NCBI GenBank assembly: GCA_038087875.1
Contig: CM075991.1
Span: forward strand, 10,666,001 to 10,730,000
Direction of reading: 5' to 3'
DNA length: 64,000 nucleotides
Origin: Malacoraja senta
Lineage: Eukaryota
Shown here: piece after piece, positions 1 to 10,700 of the stretch
Position numbering within the stretch: position 1 is the stretch's first letter
Layout of the letters: every line of letters starts with the position of its first letter
Notes under the pieces: model-generated
What the model was told of the DNA's origin: nothing
The model's input: only the letters and a program-made list of their open reading frames with translations
Databases searched by the model: none
Made by a program: the position numbers and the translations under genes

Positions 1-1310
1 CGGCAACCACCAAACCACACAAGCAAGCCTTTAAGGCACAATATCTTTAAAATGGCCATCTCGTTTCCATTAAAGCATGCGTCTTGCCACCAGTTATTTA
101 AGCAATTCTTATTGGCAAGCAGTCGCCATCACAAACAGTGGACTGGAAATCGAGAAGGTAATTCAGAGTATGTCATTCGAGACAAACATCACAAGTTATA
201 ATTTTCCCGTAAAAGTAATATGTATAAACCAAAACCATGGCATTCTTATAATGTTTCAAATAAATTGATCAAAATTCAGACACACTATGATCTAAAAATT
301 GTTACTGCAACACACAAGTACACTTCCTATGATATAAAATTCTAAATAACGTATGGAGCAATCCGTCATTCCATACCATCAAAAGCTTAATGTTGTTATT
401 TTCAACAAATGCAAACACCATAACAAAGGAAAATGGGTAACAGGCAAAGGTCATTGTAAAGTAGTCAAGATTTGTAAACGTCAGGAAGCAAACACAGCAG
501 AAAATAATGAAGGAAGATAATTGAAACCTACAGTTTTCCTTCCTGGTGGAGGCAGAGGGAAAATGAAGGAGAGAGGTAAATTATTTTGAAGTCTATTCAT
601 TCAACATGAAACACAAATGGGTAGTTGCAGCTGGCAAACATACTATTGCTGGGGATGGGATTCGGGGGTGGGTGAGGGTGGGGAAAGACTCTTGCAAACA
701 TATGACCAAAAATACAGACAACAACCAAGGAATCCACATGGAGTAATCAAACACGATGCTTCACGAGTAGAGCTCCCATCTTCCCCAAAAATTGAGAAAA
801 ATTGAGATTACAACCCACGTTCTGGGTTGTGGGTATAACAATCGATCAGAACAGATCGAACATCACAGAATCGGTTTATTGCCAAATGAAGGTCGTGGTT
901 AAAATAAACCATAATACTCCAGCACTTGGTGTTTAAAAAAAATAAAATAAACAATACTTGTTCCATGAAAGAAATTGGGATCAATGATAAAGATAACTCG
1001 AGGTTTCAAAAAAAAATTTTTTTTTAAAATAGGGAAGTCTGTCCAATTGTGGGATTTTCTTTTTGCTGATAAAACTGTATTTTCAATCAACAAACGTACC
1101 AATCCAACAGAAGATTAGTGCGGCAGCTTGTCGTGTGGCGCTCTAGGAGAAGAAGGTGCAGCAGCCTCAGTAAAGACAGCAACGACAAAAAATAAAACAA
1201 GAGGTGAGGTGGAGAGAAGGAGCAGGCCCAGAGTCAGCACAGTTCAGCAGTGAAACAGGAAGAATGGAGGAGACACACTCACCCACACACATACATACAT
1301 ACATACTTAC

Positions 1311-1324
1311 AATAGGAAGCTCAT
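1311..1324 (-). CDS. MOB1A: MOB kinase activator 1, first coding exon (MSFL + 2 nt); rest of the gene lies left of the window
   Basis: The minus strand reads ctagcagaaa ATG AGC TTC CTA TT|gtaagt. This is a 14-nt coding first exon with a perfect donor, matching the MSFL(F) start of MOB1A/B. A versus B is assigned only by linkage to MTHFD2 and SLC4A5. Confidence 0.75.
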
Positions 1325-2109
1325 TTTCTGCTAGTTTGTTCCACTCGAAATGGGCGGAAAAAGTCTGGGGTTATTTTTTTAAGGTTTTGAGTAGCGTAGA
1401 CATTACAATCCGATCCACTTTCGGGAGGCGGGAGGCGGGAGGTGAGTCCAGGCCTCTCTCTGCCTCTGTGTGTGTGTGTGTCTCTCCCGTCACAACTTGA
1501 CCAACTCTCTCCGCCTCAGGCCGACAAGCCTCGCGAGACCCGCCCCCCTCCCCCCCCCTCGTGGGGGAGGGACAGCGACTATGCAAATCACGCCGCTGAT
1601 CGACATCCATCCGAGCCAATCGGAGGCCGCCAATTCACGGCCGGGGCTCCAGATCCACCAATGGGAAGAGGGCGGGGGCGGGGACTGGCGGCCGGGGGGT
1701 GGGGGGGGGAAACAACCTACACTTTATTCAAAAAAACAAAATGTCTTTACTTCCCAGTGGGATAGTTTTTTTAAAACTCTCTAACCGTGAGGCGACGAAG
1801 CAAAAACAAAACAAAAAACGAGCGTCGTTGTTAAAATAAAATATATATAAAGGTTTTGATTGACATGTTGGCGAACCAATAGGCATCTTGAACGCTTCAA
1901 CCTATCAGCGGTAGGGAGAGGCGGGCTTTGTGGAAATGTTTGAGAGAATAGTAATATCTTATACAGGAAGGGTGGTTCGGTGTGTTTTTTGTGATGTTTT
2001 GGATAAACAAAATTCAATAAAAATAAATGTTTGGGCGTCTCAATAAAAACGGTTTGTTTTTTGTGGTGACGACATAATGGGGGAGGATTGTACCCGGCGT
2101 GTGACGTCA

Positions 2110-2149
2110 GCGCGCCGGGCGGAGCAGTCGGCGGGCGGGCGAGCTGAAG
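2110..2149 (+). other. candidate non-coding first exon (1a) of the hnRNP H-like gene; 5' end approximate
   Basis: Strong donor AAG|GTAAGA at 2149/2150, just downstream of the CRE in the CpG island. Confidence 0.45.
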
Positions 2150-2344
2150 GTAAGATGTCGCGCCCGACCCCCGCCGCCGTTTGGCCGCTCCTCCCTCCCC
2201 CCCGGTTATCCCCAGGCCCGAAACCATCCTGTGCGTTCGGGAGGATGTCTGTAGTTTTAAGAAAATGTCTCTGTACGGTGGGGGCGGGGGGGTTGTGAGG
2301 GGGGTGGGTGGCGGGGATGGACCGGGGCCGACACGAGGATGCCT

Positions 2345-2385
2345 GGCGTTGTGAGGCGCGGCCGCCATTTTGCTGCGCTCTGGGG
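2345..2385 (+). other. candidate non-coding first exon (1b) of the hnRNP H-like gene; 5' end approximate
   Basis: YY1 motif followed by donor GGG|GTGAGT at 2385/2386, a typical housekeeping first-exon layout. Confidence 0.55.
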
Positions 2386-2854
2386 GTGAGTGTGAGTGTG
2401 TGTGTGTGTGTGTGTGTAATGGACGGTGGACGCTCACAAACTCGCCTTCGCTCGACGGCTCCAGCGGTTTGGGGGCACCGATTATCCACCCCCCGCTCGT
2501 TTACTTCCCGTGCTCGACTGGTTCTGGGGAGCTTATCCCCGCTCGTTTGAGGGAAATACCTCCGCCTTCCCTCTCCCTCTCTCTCCCCCCCCCCCCCCCC
2601 CCCCCACGGTGGGGGTGTGTTTGTAATGAAACGTTGGAGGTGTTCCGGCCAAAGGTGGCCGAGTGTGTGCCCCCGCCTCGTGAAGCTTTGATGGGAGCTG
2701 CTGATCCTAACTGTTTCTTCCATATGTGTATATATAAAGACACACACACACACACACACACTTGAAATACACTCTTTCGAATGACGCCAGAGATGTTTGT
2801 GAGTCTAGTGTGCCTGCCTCGAGAGGCTTTTATCGGAGCTGCTGACCCTAACAC

Positions 2855-2990
2855 TTTGTTTAAGAAGGAACTGCAGATGCTGGAAAATCACAGGTACACA
2901 AAAATACTGGAGGAACTCAGCGGGTGCAGCAGCATCTATGGAGCGAAGGAAATAGGCAACGTTTCAGGCCGAAAACCTCCTTCAGACTGA
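2855..2990 (-). mobile_element. Penelope-derived short element with degenerate hammerhead motif
   Basis: Matches the ttaagaaggaactgcagatgctgg...ccttcagactga family found throughout the window. Confidence 0.7.
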
Positions 2991-3564
2991 CACTTTCTTC
3001 TGTGCAGCCTAACACTTTCTTCTGTCCAGCCCTATAGTTTATTTATTGTCTCGTGTACCCGAGGTACAACAAAATGGGGGGATTGTAATAGGTGGACCCA
3101 AAAATGCTGGAGTAACTCAGCGGGACAGACAGCATCTCCGGGGAGAAGGAATGGGTGACGTTTCAAGTCGAGACCCTTCTTCAGACTGATGTCAGGGGAG
3201 TGGGTGTTTTATTACAACAGAACCATTCACAGTGTACAGGTCAAAGATAATCCCAGGATCTCCACACACACGCACACACACATGACATCCACTCTTTCCA
3301 ATGATGTCAGATATATTTGTGGGTCTTCTGTACAAAGCTTCACCCTTGAAAGGAACAAGTTTATATTACTTCTGCATCTGAAGTTTGGACTAACGAGTAG
3401 CACGAAAACTTATAAGATCACAAGACGTAGGAACAGTATTGGACTATCGAGTACTTCTCAGTACCTGCTTGATGAAGGATTTTTTTATCATCTTATTTCG
3501 AAACTGTCCACCACTTCCAGACACAATGAAAATCTGTGATAGTTTTCCACGTTTCAATTAGTTT

Positions 3565-4155
3565 ACGTCTAACAAGACATTGGTGAGGCCACATTTAGAG
3601 TATTGATTTCAGTTTTAGTCACCCTGTTTTATCAGAAAGATGTTAAGTTTGAAATAGAGTGCAGAGAAGATTTGGAAGGATGACAATAGACAATAGGTGC
3701 AGGAGTAGGCCATTCGGCCCTTCGAGCCAGCACCGCCGGCTGTCAATGTTGCCAGGACTCGAGGGCTTGAGATATAGGGAGAGGTTGAGCAGGCTAAGAC
3801 TATTCTTTTGAGCACAGGGGTGATGGGGTGATCTAATGTAGAGTACACAAGATCATGAGAGGAATCGATAGGTTTAAATTGCAGTCTTTTACCCAGAGTA
3901 GGGGAATCGACAACCAAAGGCATAGGTTTAAGGTGAGGGGAGAGAGATTTACGGGGAACCTGAGGGTAACTTCTTTACACAAAGGGTGGTAAGTATATGG
4001 AATAAGCCGCTGGAGGAGGTAGTTGAGGCACGCACTATTACAATGTTTAAGAAACATTTGGACAGGTACATGGAATAGGATAACTTTACAGGGATATGGG
4101 CTAAATGCAGCAGGTAGATCTAGTGTAGATGGGGCATGTCGATTGGCGTGGGCAA
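3565..4155 (+). mobile_element. CR1-type LINE 3' fragment, with a short oppositely oriented CR1 tail at about 3682-3738
   Basis: Degenerate ORF2 C-terminus (LVRPHLEY...LERVQRR...GNFFTQRVV) and CR1 3' tail. Confidence 0.75.
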
Positions 4156-4649
4156 GTTGTTCCCTTGCTGCATGACTCATTCTCCAAAATGAATATATAT
4201 GGCCGATTTATTTATCCTCTTTTCCATGAGCATCAAGCCTCCATTAGCATCAATGGGAGCTCTTGGTTGCTCTTCCCCTCCTTTAACTGTATCCTCTGCA
4301 TTGCCTTCTCGTCTTTGCGTGTGTGTGTATAATCCTGGAATGCTCTTATATATGCTTTATTTAATTGCAGTGAACTATCTTCACTCATGTTCACTGGTTA
4401 GTAAAGTCTGAAGTGCTAAGCTATTAGCTGAGCACATTAAAGACCCAACAGGTTTGTGCAGCACCATCCAATGAAATGTAAAACTAACCTTAAGGTTTTA
4501 ACTTGACAGCCTTGTTCCAATCAGAATGTATAGTAATACATTAGGTATTTGCTTTTAATTTTTCAAAAAGGATTGTTATGGCAGACCTATCATTTTAAAT
4601 TTTCTATTTTTTCAGACATTTTCTTGAACATCCATAATCAGGCATTCAA

Positions 4650-4728
4650 ATGGAGGAAGATTTTATTGTCAGAATTCGTGGACTTCCATGGTCATGCACT
4701 GCCGATGAAGTGTTGCGGTTTTTCTCAG
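4650..4728 (+). CDS. hnRNP H-like coding exon 1 ([26 protein letters not shown]); exon begins 4616
   Basis: Acceptor ttttttcag ending 4615, ATG at 4650, donor at 4729; start of qRRM1. Confidence 0.92.
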
Positions 4729-7700
4729 GTTTGGTGAATTTATGTGAATGGTTTGGAACTTTGCGTTTCAAGTGCAGGGGGCTGACTTAAAATTTGAACT
4801 CCAGACTGAATGGATTTTCAAATACATTTGATCAGTAATGTTGATGTATGGGGTGGGGGCTTATTTTCACACTGAAAGGCAGCCATCAAACAGGCAGTAG
4901 CTGCCCCAACAGGATGTTTCCAACATTTATTTCTCCCTCTTATTTCCATGTACCCTAACTGCCTATTTTATTAGAAGCCCATCAACCATTGATAGTATTA
5001 CCATTTATTAACTCTAGGTAAATTACAATAACCAAGTAACCTGCCAACATATTTAAGATAGATCTGAGTTTGATCTTACTGGAGCATTCTTAGTTCTCTA
5101 CTCACTTCAAAACTATCGTTGAGAGTATGGAAATCCTGGCCTGGCAGCTGATTATGACCAAAGGAGGGAAGGCATACTTGGCACAGTTTTAATTGTAAAA
5201 GTTTTGCCATTGAGTGACAATGTTAATTGCTAGATTAATAAATTAATCCATTTTAAATGTCCTAATGTGCCCACTATTTCTCCTACTCCCCTCGGTTGGT
5301 TGATTTGACATTAAGGTCAGCTTTAAAGATGGAGATAAATGATACTTGCCACCATTTATATTGGCTTTCAGTTTTGATGATAGCCAGCACTTTTAACGTG
5401 TCTTTTCATTCAGAACATAGCTTTTTTTTGTTTCCCTGCTTTTCAGAAAATATGCCAGTAATTCATGTATTTTCAGATTGCAAGATAGTAAACGGAACTG
5501 GTGGAATACACTTCACTTATTTGAGAGAAGGACGCCCAAGTGGAGAAGCCTTTGTTCAGCTACAAACCGAGGAAGATGTAAAAGTTGCCCTTGCAAAAGA
5601 TCGTGAAAGCATGGGACATAGATACATTGAAGGTAAGCTTGTTTCAAATTGGAGGGACACAGCCTAAGCTTGGGTCTTTATTTACTGAATTCCTTGTGCT
5701 ACATTAAGTAATGAGTGAAGTTTAATCATTCTGCTTTTGAAGCAAGTAAGTAGTTTTGGGGGGTGTTGTTGATTATTCCAGTGATCTTTCGGTTGTCTTC
5801 CACAAATTCTGCTCTAAACTTCAAACCTCTTAATAACGAGCACTAAATCCAAAGGTTATTTTATTGTCACGTGTACCAATTAAGGTATAGTGAAACATGA
5901 TTTACCATACAGTCATACTTTTAAAAAAAAGCAACAAAGCACACAACTACATAAAAGTTAACATAAACATCCACCACAGCGGATTCCTCACTGAGATGGA
6001 AGGCAATAAAATCTAATCTTCACTCTTTATTCTCCCGCGGACGGGGCAGTCGAACCATCCGCAGTTGGGGCGATCGAAGCCCCCACGTCGGGGCGGTCGA
6101 AGCTCCTGCGGCCTGGAGCTCCCGAAGTCTGTCCCTAGCTAAGGGACCGCGAGCTCCACGATGTTAAAGTCCACAGGCTCCCGCAGCTGGAGGTCCAAGA
6201 TCGATCCCCTAACGGGGATCGCCAGCTCCACGATGTTAAGTCCGCAGGCTCCCGTGGTTGGAGCTCCCAAAGTCCATCCCCAGCAAGAGGCCACCAGCTC
6301 CTTGATGTTAGGCCGCAGTGTGGACGGAGATACGATACGGAAAAAAATCGCGTCTCCGTCGAGGTAAGAGATTTTTTTAAAGTTTCTCCCACCCCCTACA
6401 TAAAACAAAGCTAAAGAGCACTTAAATGTACATTTACCACAAACTAAAAAGCAACAAAGAAGAAAAGGACGAGACAGACTGTTGGTTTGGCAGCCACTGT
6501 GGCGCCACCCGGTGGAGTTTCCTATTCATCAATTGCTTCTTTTCGTGCTGACTTAGAAAGGTTTCTGCTTAGGTAAAATTATTTTTGAGTTTGAAACCTT
6601 TTCAATTATCGTTGTGGCCTACCCTCATTTCTAACCTTTCCTTTGTGAATTTTTGCAGAGTAGCTAATTCTAAAGTTTGGCTTCCTTCACTTGAATTTTC
6701 CTGGCATTTTAAGTGGGGATTGGGAGGGGAAATACCCTTGCAGATGAACTGTTAAGATCCTGCAGTTTTCCCTGCATAGTTCCTTTACAATGTTGTTTAA
6801 GCCCTGTCTGACTGCATTTCTGACCTCCTGTATTCCTTTTATTCCTGGATGTTGTTATTGTTTGGTGCCTAGGTGATATTTGTGGTCAAGATGCTGGCTG
6901 CACAAGAAGACGACAATGTTTGAGTGCAATGAATCCATTTATTTGCTATTAAGTACTGGGATAGGTAATTGAATGTATGGGAAGGTAATGTGTGCATGGT
7001 GTACTTTAAGATGGACCTGTTAAAAACTGACACGTTTGGCTGATCAGGAAAATAATGGAACTTCTGTGTGACTTATTAGTGTCTCAGGATTAGGCATACG
7101 TTTTGTTTATACTTGAATGATTCGTGAATCATCTTATATTTAACCCATGGTACAGAATTTGATGGCTGTGTCTTGTGCAGAGAGTGTTTATGCAATTCAT
7201 ATTTTGGGATTGAATTGGGTTTCTTCAGCCAGTGAACTTTAATTTTAGTGACCACTTACTCTCCTTTATTGAAAAGTTTGAATCATTTAAATTGTTGGGC
7301 ATTGAAATCACACATTCAATAATTAAAAGATAAGTATGCATGTTTTGAATGGGATCAGCTGGGTGGGAATTCGTAATAAAATTGTTTGTTTTCATTTAGC
7401 AGATTGTTCATTTCTTGGTTCCCTTGAATTTGTTTGGCTTAGCAACTGCAGAGGATGTGATTTTGTTTTGAGCAGATTTTGATCTTGAGCTGTTCGATTT
7501 TGAGAAAACCGAACGCTTGAATCTACAATGGAATTAAGCCGAAAGTCTATTCATAAGGTGGCAGTTATACAGAAAAAAATAAATGTGAAATATCCAGGGA
7601 AGTATCTATACTACCTGTGTGTAGGAACGATGCAAAAGTTGGATAACAAAGTTGGTGTGAACGGTGACCAAAAGTCACAGTGGGCTCAGCTAATGAGCCT

Positions 7701-10700
7701 GTTCCATGCTAGATCTTTGAATCTTCAGTTTTGTATTTTATGGGGCAAATGTCTGTGCTATCTGAACTAATCCAGCAGATTATTGTAATTAATGCAAATG
7801 GGATGTTTATCTCTGGTCATTGATATTTCCTCGTTGATGTTTTGCAGAAATGATTGTAGATTAAGATTTTTGTTAGTATTTTAACTTGTATTTACAGTTT
7901 TTGAAACGAAAGCCACTGAAATGGACTGGGTACTAAAACACGTTAACCCAACTCAAACGGAATCAACAAGCGATGGAACAGTACGCCTTAGAGGCTTACC
8001 CTTTGGATGCAGCAAGGAGGAAATCTTGCAGTTTTTCACAGGTACTCATTGCTTGTTTATTTTCTCCAGTAATGGAACACCAAATACTTGGACATATTAG
8101 CTGGCGAGGTGTTGATGTCATAGTAATGTTAAAATAAATTGATTTGTGGGAAAAGATTGGGTGTATTTGTTTTGTAATTTTGTATATTCTTTGTTTTGGG
8201 TGTTGCTGTCCAAGGCTGATATAGAGTATTTTGTTAACTGGGTGTGGGATAGTTAAATCACTTTTTTTAACTTGGCACATAGCATTGGGCACAAGGGTTT
8301 TTTAACGGCTTTCAAAAAGAAGTTCTACAATTCAGCAGTTATCTCCAGTGAAGGCATTTTTTTATGACAATGCTTAATGTAATTACAGCAAATGTGCAGA
8401 CTACAGAAAACTAATGGCTGGTTTGAGTATTTGAGGTACATTGTAGAACAATGTTAGCTTCAGTCTAGCAAAAGGTATTGGACCAGGTTTTGAAGGCACA
8501 TTTCTATATCGTAGTGACTTTTGATTTTCAAAGTGAAAATTATATTTGTTGGCGAAATGCTAACATTTTAAGCTAGTTTCATTGAATGCATTACTTTTTT
8601 TTTTAAAGGCACCTAGGGCCACTATCACAAGTTCTATTTTTACTTTTCCATGCCTCGATTTAAAACCTCATAAATATCAATCCTTGAGTCCAATTTTGTG
8701 AGCCAGCGGCTATAAATGTTATTTTAATATTTGAAGGAATACTTTAGAAAAAGTTGCTCTGGCATAGGAATTACTCAGAAGCATCGCCTTGTAAGTTCAT
8801 AAATAATAGCCTGGTGTTCCATGCATGTTTTTTTTTTAACGGATACAGTTTATCTGACTTTGAATTGTTTTCACTCTTTTTGTAGTTTTATAAATATTTG
8901 TATTGTAGAATTGATAATTTTAATACTAAAATGCAAGTAAAACATATTTGGTGTTGTTATTCTAAACTATTCCTTCATCACTGGGTCAGCTAAGATTTGG
9001 GTCAGTTGAGCTAAAAATTTGGAATCTGATGTGGCACTGCAGAATGGTAGATGCAGATATGTGTCTGCTGTCCTGAGTGTTTCTAACTTTGCCAATGTGG
9101 GGGGGTCTCTTAAATGTTGGGTCACTTACTCTTAACAGGAAGGGTAGCCTGGGATGGTGCACCTCTAGCCGTTGGCTACAGTGTTGACTGTTCCTGTCAA
9201 CGCTCCAAGCCTGCGCCGCCAAAAGTGGCAACACAACGGGATAAGAATGTAGTGGTTCTCCCTTAAATTGGGTTATTTGTATCCATGTTGACCTTTTCAA
9301 AAGAATGTAAGATTTTATTTTTCTGCTGATACCTCAGTTACTGTCTGTGAAGAATTTGTAATGGGGCCCAAATGTCTGCAGTATTTATAAAAGTAGAATG
9401 CCTCGGACTCTTTAGATGATTAGTGGACTACGTGTACAAATATGCCAGGAGGGTCCAACCATGCTTTTGACCTTGTGTTGTTCTCTCCCTCTCCCCATCT
9501 GAAAGTACCAACTGTTTTGAGTTAAGTGTCACGTTGGTGGTTCCTTGCTCATATGGCTACTTTATCAGGTGTTAAACCTTTCGATAAAGATTATCAACCA
9601 TGGGGTGAGGTCGAAATCCTTGCTGTAATTATTAAGTCTAATTGAGATAACTGGGTGGTAGATATAGGAATTCTGGCGTAGTGGTTTAGTGCAGTAAGAA
9701 GTTAGCTCTGGGGCCGAGTGATTTGACAAGTTGCGCCATTGGTCTGCTCTGTGATTATTTCAAGAGATTAAGCAGTTTAGTTGAACTTGTTGCTGTAATT
9801 TAAATCCATTTAAAAGTTCAATTAGATGAAGTATGGTTGAGGTACTAGTTCAGTGATTATTTAGCTAGTCTAATGTCCTAGCTAACTTTCTTCACAGTCA
9901 GTAACTTGGAGCTTGTAATGTAAGTGAGCACTTATTTTTTTTTTTAAGACCTTGCTAAATTTGTGTATTGACACAGAGTTTGCTTGGTGAATGCACTGTC
10001 TGTATGATGCTAATTATGTAAAGCAAATGGATCTGGATTGGGTTTCTGACATAACTCTAGAGGTTTTTTGCATCTTTTATCATTGCAAGACTTAAACAAT
10101 TCATTCACTCAGTTTGGTACTGTGTAAATGATTTGTTTCCATAGTCAATTCCAGTTGGATATTGTTGACCTTTTTCTTGATCAGATGCATTAGTTTGGGT
10201 TATTTTTCTCCCCTTTGGGTTTGCGGGTTTAAAATCGCAGTGTAATTTAATTTGTCACAATCCAATTAAACGATGATTTGCTTTGTTCATCCTGAGAGCA
10301 ACAATGGAGCAGGAGTATGGACGCCCAACTAAGATGCTTCACTCCAAGTCACGCACCTGTTGACTTGGAAATGCAACTCTTTTGTATTCATTATTGATCT
10401 AAATCTATCGAACAGCGCCGAGTAGACTGCTAGTAAAGCTGATGGCTAGATACTACCATCTTGATCGCACCTGGACACAAATACTGGGCATGGCAGAGAT
10501 GTCCACGTCCTGTGCAATATTTTTTCAAGGACAAATTAATCATCCTTTCATAAATTGTACTTTTTGGTTAGTCAATTGTTTTTATTCCAGGTGTAATGCT
10601 AGGAATCAGTTGGAATGTTGTCAATGTGGCTGCATCCATGTTCCATAGCTGCGTTTACTATTCGAGATGGTTTTTAAGCATCCGCATTCTTTTCAAACTT

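Larger units (their letters stand above)
1400..2700. promoter_or_regulatory. CpG island / bidirectional promoter (MOB1 on -, hnRNP H-like on +)
   Basis: CpG-dense region. CCAAT boxes near 1616, 1658 and 1876; GC boxes about 1669-1683; perfect CRE TGACGTCA 2102-2109; YY1 motif GCCGCCATTTT 2361-2371; CTCGCGAGA about 1530-1538. Confidence 0.8.

Noticed and set aside
1781..2765. Long overlapping ORFs (218, 239 and 131 aa)
   Set aside because: By-products of the GC-rich CpG island and (GT)n/poly-C repeats; no recognisable protein.
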